This document shows, piece after piece, positions 51,190 through 63,986 of a DNA stretch of 64,000 nt. The notes under the pieces were generated by a model, which saw only the letters and a list, made by a program, of their open reading frames with translations, had not been told where the DNA came from and did not search any database. Both the position numbers and the translations under genes were made by a program. Origin of the DNA: Tubulanus polymorphus (lineage: Eukaryota; Animalia; Nemertea); NCBI RefSeq assembly GCF_964204645.1, contig NC_134031.1, positions 11,658,088 through 11,722,087 of the forward strand, read 5' to 3'. Numbering within the stretch: the stretch's first letter is position 1; every line of letters begins with the position of its first letter.

Positions 51190-54100
51190 GGAGAGAATAA
51201 GACAGAACAAATTGATGTTAATGAAAATCAATATTATTGTCCATATTGTAAAAAATACATTGATAAATCTCAAAAATCGCGTCATGAAAAATCTTCAAAT
51301 CTAAAATATAATATAAAAAATGTTATAGATTTTGAAACTTCAGATAATTCCAATGAAAGAAAAGAACGATTAGAAAATATGAATTTGGATGAAATAAAAT
51401 GTGAAGTTTGTAATGAATTTATAGTAAAAAGGAATTATAATAGACATCTCGAATCACAAAAACACCATCAAAATTTGAGTAATACTGTTTTAGGAAAAGA
51501 TTATTTCGATGATAAACCTCAAAAAGTAAAAAAACCAACTCCAAAAACTAAATCCTTTAGAAACATTACGTAGTAAAATTGGTCCTGCAGCTATTATATT
51601 TAGATTTTTTAAAGGTACAACAATAGAAGATTACAGTAAATTTAATGAAATGATAGAAAAATACTAGATTTGGTAACAGATGTTGAATATCCAAAAATTA
51701 GTATCTCTGGGAAAGTAAGTTTTTTAAAGTCAGAAGAGAAAATGGATTATAATATTCAAACACTCTCTGAAGAAATAATTTCAAAAACGCAAATAAAAGA
51801 GAAGTTAGAAAAAATATTTAATGAATTTAAACGTCATATTGAAGAAAGATATTTTGAGGGTTCTGGTTTATCATTAAATGAAGTTATATTTTTAGATTTA
51901 AATGTTTATAATACAAAAAGGAATAAAACATCAAAAAGTAAAACAATGTTTAAAAATGATTCAAACTTTACAACAGAAAAGGATATTAAAGCATCATCTT
52001 ATATTAAATTACCATTTACAACAAAAGCAGTAATAAATGTTCAAAATGAAGATAATAAATGTTTTCTATGGTCAATTATTAGTTGCTTACACCCAACAGA
52101 AGATATTACGCATAGTTTTAGAATAACAAATTACCGGAAATATGAAACATTATATAAAATTGATCAATATCCAGTAACTATAAAAATGATACCCAAAATA
52201 AAAAAAAATTAATAAGTTAAAAATAAACGTATTCGAATTAATGCAATTACCAAATACAAAAGGTGAAAATATTAAAGATTATACTTTGGAAGCTTTATAT
52301 TTAACAGAATATTATGATGATGAAAATGCTATAGATTTGTTATATTACAAAAAAGATGAAAATGAACATTATATGTGGTAAAAACAAATTGATTTATTCT
52401 TTAGAACAGAAAGTGATTTTAACAGTCATAAAATTTATCTATGTAGAAAATGTTTATCTAAATTCAGAACTGAGAATGCGTTACTAAAACATAAAGAATT
52501 ATGTGATAATAAAGATTTTTGCAAATTAATAATGCCAACAGAAAAAGATTATAAATTGAAATTTACTAATCATAAATTTAAAAATATTGTTCCATTTGTA
52601 ATTTATGGGGATTTTGAATCGTTGAATAAAGAATTAACTGATCAAGATAGTAAAGAAATATATAACAAAAAGCAATTATTAAAATCAATGGATAAAGGAA
52701 ATGAATTAAATGAAGACACAACACAAGACCCGCCAATTATAAATACAATTAAAAAAGTTCATCTAAGAGCTGCTGCTTACGGAATTTATATAAAATCAAA
52801 TTATCCTGAATTATATGAAAGTCGATATATTTCTTTTAGAGGTGAAAATGTAGTTAATGATTTTTGTGACAAAATGATTGAATTAGAAAGTGATTTTGCA
52901 AAATTATTAAACAAAAATAAAAGAATAGTTATGACAAAAGAAGATGAAATTGATTTAATTATGCAACTCATTGTTGTTATTGTGAAAAACGTTTTTATTC
53001 ATTTGATAAAAAAGTTAGAGATCATGATCATTTAAATTCAAAATATCGTGGAGCTGCTCATGAAGATTGCAATTTACAAGCTAAGAAAGTTAATTTCGTA
53101 CCAATATTATTTCATAATTTATCAGGCTATGATACCCATCTATTTATAAAACAATGATCAAAGAAATTGGGCACAATTAATCAAGAAATAGAAGAATATA
53201 ATGCTATGAATGGTGTAAATGTAAGAAAATATGATTTTAAACTATTAGCTAAAACATCTGAAAATTATATTTCATTTCAATTTGGTTGCATTAGATTTTT
53301 AGATTCTTATAGATTTCTAGTAAGTTCATTAGATAATTTATCAAAAAGTTTAGTTGATAATGATTTTGTTATAACTCGATATTATTATCCAAATGAACAA
53401 GATTTTAAATTATTGAGATATAAAGGTGCAATTCCTTATTCATTTTATAAAACACACAATGATTTTAATGTAACAGAATTATTAAAAGATCAATTTTATG
53501 ATCAATTAAAAGAGGAGTATGTGAAAGATGAAGTGTTTAATAGAACATTAAATATTTGGAACCATTTTAAGATGAAAAATCATGGTGAATTAGTTGATTT
53601 ATATTTAAAATCAGATGTTATGATATTGGCTGACATATTTGAAAAATTTAGAGAAGTTAATTTGAATCATTTTAATGTTGATCCTTGTTATTGCTACTCT
53701 AGTCCTGGTTTAACCTGGCAATGTGGTTTAAAATATACAAATGTAGAATTAGATTTATTAAAAGAACCAGACATGGTTTTATTATTTGAAAAATCAATTA
53801 GAGGTGGAATTAGTGGTGTTATGGGAGATAGGTATTTTAAAGCAAATGATGAATATAAATTATTATATATTGACGCCAATAATTTATATGGTTGGGCAAT
53901 GATGCAACCTCAACCATATAAAAATTTTATATTAACAGAAGTTGAAAATGATGATAAAACTGATTGGGAAAGCGCAATTGCGAGTTTGAAAGATGAAGCA
54001 CCAATTGGTTATTTCTTTGTAGTTGATTTAGAATATCCTGAAAATATAAAGTTTAAAACAAGAAACTTACCTCATTGCCCAGAACATTTAACTGTAGATG

Positions 54101-56187
54101 ATAGTTATTTAAGTGAATACCAGAAGAAAATAAAACCGAAAGATCATGTTTTTACAGAAAAATTAATACTTACTCAAAATAATAAATACAATTATATTGT
54201 TCATTATAGAATGTTAAAATTTTATCTAAAACAAGGAATGAAATTAAGGAAAGTACATAGATATATTGAATTTAATCAATCGAAGTGGTTAGAAAAATAT
54301 ATAGATTTCAATACTCAACAGAGAACCATATCAAAAACAGATTTTGAAAAAGATTTCTTCAAATTAATGAATAATAGTTTTTATGGTAAAACATGCGAAA
54401 ATATTAGAAATAGAAATGATATTGAATTAGTAAATAATTCTGAAAGATTAAGACATTCACAATCAAGTCCTAGACATTTAGGAAATAAAAGATTTGAAGA
54501 TTATTTAAAAGCAGTTAAATTAAAAAGAACGTCAATGAAATTTAATAAACCTATATTCATTGGTTCAACTGTTTTAGAAGTATCAAAATTATTAATGTAT
54601 GATTTTTATTATAATGTTTTACAACCACTTTTTGGGGAAAAGCATATTGAAATATTATATTTTGATTCTGTAACAGCTGACACCCCAATATTATTAAAAT
54701 GTAATGATAAAATATTGATAAGAAGAATTTCAGAAATAATTCCAAAACAAAATGAATGTTATATTTCATATGATGAAAAAGAATTAATACAAATAAATGA
54801 ATTAATAGATGTTTGGACAAGAAATGGATGGAAAAAAATTAAAGAATATTATTAGACATAAAACAAATAAGAAAATCTATAGAGTTAGAACTAAATTAGG
54901 GTTTGTAGATGTTACAGAAGACCATAGTTTAATTAAACGAAATGGCGATGAAATAAAACCAACTGATATAAAAATTGGATATGAATTATTACATAAAAGA
55001 TTTTTCCAAAGAATGAATCATATGTCATTCGATGAAATTATTGATAATATTTATAATATAGAACCCGAAACATTAGAAGAAAAAGAATATTTTATCAAAG
55101 GATCTTTCATGGGTGATGGTTCAGCAGGTGTGTATAATTATGTTTGGGGTAATAAATATTGTTAGTATTTATGCAATCAAGACTTGAAATTATTAGAAAG
55201 AATTAAGAAATTCTGTGAAGAAGTTTATTCACATAAAACATTTAGAATCATGGATGTTATGAAATCATCAGCAGTTTATATAATACTTGTAAATAATCCT
55301 AAAGATTTTGCTATAAAATATAATGATGAATTCTATATTCATGCAATAGTGAAAAGTAATACTTCAACTAAAGAAAAGATAGTTCCAGATTATGTATTAA
55401 ATGCAAAAAATAATTTAAGAAAATGGTTCTTCATTGGATTCTACGCAGCAGATGGTGCTAAAAAATTTACAAAAGATAAAAAGATAACCTTTGCACAGAA
55501 AGGAAAAGTTGCTATATCAGGGTTAAATATATTATGTAATTCATTAGGCTTCAATATGAATATTGGATTGATTAAATCTAAACCAAATTGCTTTAATTTA
55601 AGCCATACAGAAAAAGATTTAACTGAAGAAGTTAAAGATTTATTTGAAATATATAACCCAACAGATAATGTTTATGATTTATCAACTGAAGATGGCACAT
55701 TCAACTGTGGATTTCCATTAATTTGCTTCAATACGGATGCGTACATACTAAAAATCAAGACAAATGACATAACAAAAGACTTAAAAACATTAAAACATCA
55801 TTTTGATTTTAGCAATTATCCCAAAGATCATGAACTATTTAGCAATGATAATAAAAAGATTTCTGGTAAATTTAAAGATGAATTAGGGGGTGATGAAATG
55901 ATTGAATTTGTTGGGATAAGAAGTAAAATGTATAGGTACAGAATAAAAGATCATGAAATAAAAAGTTAAAAGGAATAACAAAACATGTGGTTGATAAACA
56001 TATAGAATTTCAAGATTATATAAAGTGTTTATATAACTCAATTGTAATGAAACATAAAATGAATTGTTTAAGATCAGAAAATCACGAGATGTACATTAAT
56101 GAAGTTGAAAAAACTAGTTTGAATCCATTTGATGATAAAAGGCATATTTTAGATGATGGTATAAAAACATTACCTTATGGCCATTAA
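51187..56187 (+). pseudogene. Divergent pPolB of P4 containing an intein
   Basis: C2H2 fingers, DNKCFLWSI, YGDFES, RDHDH, YIDANNLYG, KLMNNSFYGKT, YFD[intein]TDAY, NPFDDKR; several frameshifts and stops. Confidence 0.95.
54667..55732 (+). mobile_element. Intein with LAGLIDADG homing endonuclease at the PolB motif-C (pol-c) site, ~355 aa
   Basis: Block A SVTADTPI, block B VDVTEDHSL, block C FIKGSFMGDG, block D KIVPDYVLN, block E FFIGFYAADG, block F VYDLSTEDGTF, block G ICFN|T. One +1 frameshift near 54840 and one TAG at 55163-55165. Confidence 0.95.
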
Positions 56188-57513
56188 AACAGAAAATCAA
56201 TATCATCATACTCGAAATCACTATTGGCTTCTTCATTTTCATTTAATTGTTCTTGTATAATTTGTTTAGGTTCTTCCATTTCATTTTTCTCATTTAAATA
56301 AAGTTCTATCTTGTACCACATTTCATATCGCTCTCTTTGTTTCTTTTTGTTTGTTAATTCGTCAAATGGAATTATAATATCGATGTTTAAATAATTTACA
56401 ATCTTATTTAAAAAGAATTCATAATTAATTGAATCTGTTATTCTATTTTCCAAATGATACATTAATATTTGTTTGAATGTTTTTTTTTATATTTTCCATA
56501 TCTTCTTCTGTTAATTTAGGTTTTTCATAATAATCGTTAAATAATAAATATAAATACATTTTCTTTTGTTTTCTGTTAAATGTTGATGGAATAATTGTTT
56601 TTATAATATCTTTTTTAGTTATTTCACCATTTTTATTTTCTATTATTTTCATTTTTTCAAGCCATTGCATATATTCTGGTGTATGATCTTCTATAGAAAA
56701 TATTTTAAAAATTTCATCTAGATAAATTAATTTTGGTTCTATGAGAAAATCTCTAGTATTTTCTTCACCCCATAAATTCTTTTGCCATCCACAATCAACA
56801 CAAAATAACACAGTACCTTCTTGTCTTAAATCGCGTAATTACATTGTGGACATTTTCGTTTATAATTTATTGGTAATAGATCTTCATTAAGCTCTTGGTA
56901 TTTTCTTACGTTTTCTTTATGTTTTATTGTTCTATTATGTAGATTTGAATTACTTGTTGTAATAATCAATTTACAATATTTACAATAATATGTTTTTCTT
57001 GTTAATTCATTATATTGTTTTTCTAACTTTTCAACTGTTTCTTTATTATCTGGTAACGTTTTCTCATATTTTATTTTTTCTAATAAATTATTTTTTCTTT
57101 CATTGAATTCAGTTTCAAATTAATTAGAAATTTTATCTATATGTACTTTACGAAATTGATGATTCTCCCAATCTTCTATATTTTCAGGGCTATATTTTAT
57201 TCGACAAGGCTCACAGAAATGATCTTTTATATTATCCTTATCATAGAATAAGAAAGGTCTTTTCCAAATAATGTCAGGTTCAACTTCAACAGAATTACTA
57301 TTACTTTCATTACTATCAACATTAGCCGTTGCGCCATTAATTTTACACTTCTCTGAATGTTTTTTAACATAATTTCTTGAGAATAATTTATTACATTTTG
57401 GACAGTTTAGTTTAGGGGGTTTATAATTTTCATCATGTTTTTTCATATGTCGAGCCATATTACTTTTTTCTTAGAAGTTCACCACAAATTTCACATGCTA
57501 TCTTCTCATCCAT
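56184..57513 (-). pseudogene. Multi-zinc-finger ORF(s) specific to the P4 module
   Basis: TAAATG start at 57513 inside the right IR; CEIC...HMKKH, CPKC...HSEKC, CEPC...H...H, CKYC, CPQC and CVDC motifs; broken by stops and frameshifts. Confidence 0.6.
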
Positions 57514-57550
57514 TTATTAGGGAAAAAAATTACTTGTGGTGATGAGTGGT
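57511..57550 (-). repeat. 40-bp inverted repeat, right copy
   Basis: CATTTATTAGGGAAAAAAATTACTTGTGGTGATGAGTGGT. Confidence 0.9.
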
Positions 57551-57571
57551 AATTTTTTTATGTTATAAATA

Positions 57572-58321
57572 ATGGTAGAATTAAAAGAATACAGAATATT
57601 TGTTGATTCTAGAAAACTTACAAATTATCAATCACATAATTTAATAGTTCAATTAGATAGAGAATTTAAGAATTGTGTAGATTTAAAATTAGTTAATATA
57701 AGTTTATGTAACTCATTTTACAATATATCGGATAAAAGTTTTGATCATAGATTGTTTATGATTCATGATAAAAATATGGATAAATAGTATCATCTATTTC
57801 TAAGACCAGGATTATATAATTTAGAAACATTATCTCAAGAAATTAATAGAAGAGCTCGGTTAAAAGTGGGTGAATCTGTTGGGTTTAACATTAAATTTAA
57901 TAAAATTGATAGTACTTATAAAATAAGAATAAAGTTAACTAATGAACAATATAAATTCATAGTAAGAAAACCATTAGCTAAAATGCTAGGAGTTAATCCA
58001 AATAAAGTTTATTCAAATGTTTATACTACGCCAAATATAATACCTTTTACGCACTTCTATATTTATTGTAATTTAATTGATCCTACAAAAACATTCGAAG
58101 CAACTAAAGATACAATTTGTAATTCTGGTTTATTAAATATTTTACCATTAAAAAATGTCAAACAATTTGGAACTCAAATAAATTATAATTTAACAGAATG
58201 TGATTTAAAACCTTGCATTCCACATTTCAATAATTTTAAATTAGAAATAAGAAATCATAATGGTTATTTAATTGATTTGAATAACTGTCCTGTAATTTAT
58301 GAATTAGTTATAAGATGTTAA
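57572..58321 (+). pseudogene. Minor capsid (penton) protein, internal stop
   Basis: Homologous to the P1 and P2 pentons. Confidence 0.7.
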
Positions 58322-58343
58322 GAGTACTTTTTTCACTATATAA

Positions 58344-58700
58344 ATGAATATAACTGTTGGACCGAGTATATGTTTTGGATTTGATTTTAAACGTGAGAAA
58401 GAAATGAAATTTAACATTAATGATGTAATTACACATATCAAAAATATTGCATTTTCTAATGAAACAACATTTGAGTATGAAACAACAATAGATAAAGAAA
58501 CTTAAAATGTAGAAACGATTACTAATTTAATTAGAGAATCTTTAAGATTTTATGAATTAGATGAAGATTTTATCATCGATGATATTAAAAAAATAATAAT
58601 TGAAATATATACAAATAAAACTAGTAATGAAATAAATGTTGAATTAATCATCGCTAAGATAACTAAATATTTTGAAGATAGTAATTTTTTTGATAAATAA
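58344..58700 (+). pseudogene. MNITVGPS-family hypothetical protein, internal stop
   Basis: Nearly identical to the P2 copy. Confidence 0.6.
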
Positions 58701-58922
58701 ATGAGTGATAATAAGTGGATAATAACTGGATTATATAATGGAGCATTACTATCAGTTGGAACTGTTGGTTATTCAATGATATTTAAAAAAGTATTTAAAA
58801 TGGGAAGTGTTAATGTTGATAGATTTGATATAAATGATATTTTAAAATTAACATTAGCAGTTACTTTATCTAATTTAACTATTGATTATTTGGAAAAACA
58901 AAAATATATTCCTCCCATATAA
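58701..58922 (+). CDS. Small hydrophobic protein (73 aa)
   Basis: Intact; homologue of 30692-30913. Confidence 0.75.
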   Translation: MSDNKWIITGLYNGALLSVGTVGYSMIFKKVFKMGSVNVDRFDINDILKLTLAVTLSNLTIDYLEKQKYIPPI

Positions 58923-58946
58923 ATGCGTAATTATTTTACTAAATAA

Positions 58947-59369
58947 ATGGCTTCTGCAATTATAACGATTATAGGATCAGCAATTGTTAACGCTTTAGCA
59001 TTTACTGGTGGCGGTTATTCATTTAAGCATATTGATAAAAATAGTTCGTTAGGAGAACAAAGAAGACATAATTTAGCATTAGAGAAATTTGATAAAGCAG
59101 CAGAAGAATACAGAGAAAAACGACAAAGCTATATCGATTATATTAACAAGGAATTATATGATCAGAAGATTTCACATAGAGATTTTCAATCAGTTGATGA
59201 TGCAATGAGTTTATATAACGCAGTAACCAATAAAGAAAAATTACATCTATACAAACCTAAATTATCAGATTATTATACCCCAAGTAAAGAACAACAGAAA
59301 TATGAAATAATTTGGATTTTAGGTGGAACAGTTATTGTTATATTTGTAGCATATAAATTTACTAATTAG
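58947..59369 (+). CDS. Small membrane-associated protein (140 aa)
   Basis: Intact; homologue of 30245-30667. Confidence 0.75.
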   Translation: MASAIITIIGSAIVNALAFTGGGYSFKHIDKNSSLGEQRRHNLALEKFDKAAEEYREKRQSYIDYINKELYDQKISHRDFQSVDDAMSLYNAVTNKEKLHLYKPKLSDYYTPSKEQQKYEIIWILGGTVIVIFVAYKFTN

Positions 59370-59388
59370 TAATTTTTTTTCTAAATAA

Positions 59389-59823
59389 ATGGAAGATAAA
59401 GTTGATAGTATTGATATTATTCCTCATGATATCAATAAAACTAAATTAAAAAACATATTTAGAAAAACAAATATTAGAATTTGAAAGTGACTTAAAGATA
59501 AAAAGAAAAAATATTCAAAAAGTAAAATTATATATTATCTTATTATTAGTGGTTCGGTTACAATTAGTTCTGTAATAACATTTCTAGCAATATTCAGTCC
59601 ATTAACACCTTTAGCTATATCAATTGGTGTATTAGGATTAAGTTCAAGTGTATTAACTGGTATAAGTTCAAAATTAAATATAAAAAGTAATAAAGAAAAA
59701 ATTAAAACTAATATAAAAGAAATTAATAAATTGAAGAATACACTAGATTATATGATAAGTTTAAATGGTCATATAACAGTTGAAGAACAAGATAAATTAT
59801 TAAAAGAATTAATAAATTATTAA
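59389..59823 (+). pseudogene. Two-TM protein, frameshifted
   Basis: Homologue of 29799-30224. Confidence 0.65.
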
Positions 59824-59839
59824 TTTTTTAATTAAATAA

Positions 59840-61229
59840 ATGGTAGATGGTTTTCCAAAATCTTTCCAATATAATAAATCAATTAAATATAATATTCCAG
59901 CAATAGATTTTAATAAAGATATTACATATAGAAATGAAGTTTTAGATTCATTAACTAATTTAGAAATTTATGTTACTGAAACTAATAATTTTAATGCAAA
60001 GATGGAAAATATATTTCATGTATATTTAATTAATTTTAAAAAATTGAAAGATGAAAAACAATGGTTATTAAAATCTAATATGAAGTATTGGCAGAACCAA
60101 TTAAATTTTGCTGTTTATTGTGCAACAACAGGTTGTGGAATTAGTTGGAATGATCATTTGAATAATTCTAAATATAAATTAATTCAAAGTTTATTTAGAT
60201 TTCATACATACTTTCAAATCAGAATAATATTAAATGAATTAGAGTGCGCTTTACCAGGATCTAGATATTTTAAAGAATTAGATAATAATATTAATTTATC
60301 AAAGTTTTACAAAATTTGTAATGAATTTGATATAGATATAAATAATTCTGATTTTAGAACAAAAATTGGAACAATAAGATCACTTCCTTGCCCTAAAAAG
60401 ATTGCAGAATATTGTGCACTTCCCATACCATCTAATAGTTTATATAATATCTGTAGTAATAAATTAGGTTATGGTAAAATAGAAACTTAGGATTTAGAAA
60501 CATTAAATTTCAATAAATTACCGACATTTTATGATAATTTAAAACAAGAAGACAATAATGGTTGGGTTTATTTCATTTTAGAAAATAATGAAGGTTTTAC
60601 AAAATCAGGTATACAAAGAATAAATCAATCTATTAGAACTTATTTGATATGTATTTTAGGTGCGCAAGTTGAAACAAGATCCCCAATAATTGGAAATTTA
60701 AATACATCATTTGATACACAGAAACAATTCAAAGTATTATTTGAAGATTCTATTCATAATGATAAAAATAGATCGATTCCAGAAAACATTGTAAGATATC
60801 AAAATTATTTAGATAAATCACATATTAGATTAAATTATTGTATAGGCCCTAATCTATTTATTATTTCTAATGATTTAGTATTAAAGATGGGAAACATAAT
60901 TGGTTAACAATAATCTAATTAAAACTGCAACAATAAATAATTCATTTGGATTAAATGATATAAATAAAAAGATTATTACTGCTCCAAAATTAATGGAAGG
61001 TGAAAAAAACAAAAAACACATTCAATCAACAGAAACTAAAACTAAGAATAATAAATTAAATAATGATTCTAAAATAAAAGATTACAATACTACAGAAAAT
61101 ATTAAAACTGATAATATTCAACATGATATAATTAAACTAAATGATGATAATAAATCCCATGAAAATACTAAATTAGCTTTAACTTGTATAGGAATTGTTA
61201 TAGGAGGAATATTATATTTTAAATTTTAA
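59840..61229 (+). pseudogene. Conserved hypothetical protein with C-terminal TM
   Basis: Homologue of 28466-29782. Confidence 0.65.
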
Positions 61230-61245
61230 TTTTTTTATTATATAA

Positions 61246-62688
61246 ATGGATGTAGAAGGTGGAGAAGATTATGAAATGGAAAATATGGGAAATAATAATG
61301 ATGCCAATACTAACGATGATGATTATATGACTGCTGATACTCATATTGATAATGATGGTAATGAATCATCATATAATTCTAATTTAGCAGAAAGTGGTTC
61401 TAAAGCCCCATCAACAGATGAATTGATAGAAGAACTAGATCGAGAATACCTCCTGAAAATTTAAATCAAGGAAAGAGAAAGTTTTGAAAATTATGAATTT
61501 ATGTATGATTTTCAACGTGTATTTAAAGATTCTGGATACAATATAAATAATAGAGGCGCCAGACTTTTAGTACAAGAATTAAAGTTTTTAGATGGTAAAT
61601 ATTATTATCATGTGAAAGATAAATCGGATTATTATATTAATATCTCTAATAAAAATCAAGACAAAATAATAGCAAAATCAACTTTGCTTAAGTCTGACTC
61701 ATTACTACCTAGAATTAAGAGAATAAGAAATAGTAATGAAATAGAAGATGTAACACAAGAAGAAATAAATCAAAATAAAAGAGTATTTAAACTAAGAATT
61801 AATAAATTATTTGAAACAATCAAAGATAATCCAGAAACAGAAACAACTTCTGAACAGAATATAAATTCCAAAACTAGTAAACTTAAATCAAATAAAGTTC
61901 CAATTGAAAAACTTTTACCGAATGGATTAATTGATGCAACAGATCAACAATTAGAAGATTTAAATAATATATTTTCTGATAAAGCAATTAGAGAGATTAT
62001 TAGTATAAGAAATGAAGCTGATAAAATTGCGCATGATAAAAGTATAAAAGATTTAAAAATTAGAACTTTAGAAAAAGAATTAACTGATAAAAATAAAGAA
62101 ATAGAACAATCAAAATTAGATAGAGATAATAAAGTTATTGAAGAAATTGAATTTAAAAAAAGAAATGCATATTTAGAAAAAGAAATTGATGATTTAGAAT
62201 ATAACATAGAATTACAAAAAGAAGAAATTAAATTATTATTAAAATCATATGATTATAATATTAATAGATTAAAAGTTATTTTTAAAGATTTGTTGATAAA
62301 ACCAGATTCTAAAATATCATTGAAAGATGGAATGAAATTATTATTTAAGTTAGAAGGAATAACAATTCTTTCAATTCTAAGAGCTGTAATTATGTTATTT
62401 ACAACAATTGGTTTAGCAATATCAAATGCTTTAAAATCTACTCCTACTCCAAATAAACCAGATAAACCCCCAGGTAATAATTCTATACAAGATAAAGTTA
62501 AAGATGGTTTAAAGAAATTAGCAAAATATTTATGGGAACTATCTAAAAAAATCTGCTGCAGCATTGCCAGGAGTTATTGCATCAATTGTTGGTTTTATAT
62601 TGAAATCTGCAGGAAACATTATTACTTTGCTGCTGAACATATTATTTTATTTTTAATTACAGTTGTAAGTGCTATTATTTTGGGTTAG
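61246..62688 (+). pseudogene. Large coiled-coil/TM protein
   Basis: Homologue of 27078-28449. Confidence 0.65.
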
Positions 62689-62731
62689 TGAATATGATTA
62701 AAAATAGATAATTAATTTTTTTGTTAAATAA

Positions 62732-63986
62732 ATGAGTGGGAGTTATATAAGTCCTTCTAAGATTTCTAGAATATCTAATGCTATTAAAGCAGAAAGATCA
62801 CATCATATAATTACTCATAATCCTTCAAATATTAATCCCGATGAAACTTTATATGTTAGAATTCCTCGATTAACACAAAATACTTTTTATGTTCCAAATA
62901 GTATTTATTTATCAGCCAATATAAAAGTTACGATAATGATGGTCATGATAATAATTATGTTGTTGATGATCTTAGGAGATATTTGATTAAAAAATTAACT
63001 ATAAAGATTGGTCCAGAAACAGTTTTCTCATTAGATGATTATAATTCATTTATGCATTATAAAGATTTATGGTTTACTAAAGAAAATAGAAATAATATGA
63101 TATTTCAGGGTATTCAATCGGAAAACCATAATAAATTAAGATCAGGAGCTAATGACGCAATAGTAACTCGTGCCACAGATAATTTGATTAAAAAGATTTA
63201 TGGGAGCAAATATAAAATTCCATTAGACTTTGAATTGATAAATAATAATGCACCTTTATATAAATACGCAATTCAAGAAGATATTATATTTGAGATAACA
63301 TTTGCTCTTGTAAATGAAATTGTATTATCTAGCGTTGTTAAAGATATGGGTTATAAATTATCGAATATATGTTTAGAATATGACACAGTAACTAATGAAA
63401 ATATTGCTAGCACAATTCAAAGTCAATACAATCAAGGATTTTCATTATTATATGATTATATTGATAAATTTAAAACTGTAACTATTAATGCAAATGGTGA
63501 AATAATTAATGAGAATATTAACTCCCCTAGAAGATCTATTAAAGGTATATTAATATTTTTTACAATTGCAACATATTCTAATGGCGCAATAAATGTTGAT
63601 AATTATCATAATCCTGAAATATCAAAAGTAGAAATAACTATTGAATGTATAGCAAATAAATTATTTTGTCAAGGAATGAGAATGATAGATCAGTGGCCAG
63701 AAATTAGAAAACATTTTATGAATAAAAAAAAAAATTATCTGAAAATTTTAATATTAATCAAATTGATTATTATACCGGTAATAAATACGCATAATGGTTA
63801 GATTTTAGAACAACTAAAGATAATTTATTACATGGTTCTGGTAAAAAACTACAGAACACTAAAGATGGAATACAATTATTCATGACAAAGAAAAAAGGAA
63901 GCTTAAATTTCAAAATGCACATTTATATTATATCTGACGCGCAATTAAATATTGTAAATTCTCAATTGAATAGTGTTATGCATTAG
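62732..63986 (+). pseudogene. Major capsid protein, full length but frameshifted
   Basis: THNPSNINPDETLYVRIP...YKIPLDFE...YKLSNICLEYD...RRSIKGIL...ISDAQLNI. Confidence 0.78.

Noticed and set aside
54667-55732. Alternative reading of the insertion as a group I intron or a Hedgehog Hint domain
   Set aside because: It is in frame with the extein at both junctions, has Ser1/Asn-Thr splice residues and an embedded LAGLIDADG pair, and lacks any Hedge or sterol-recognition context.
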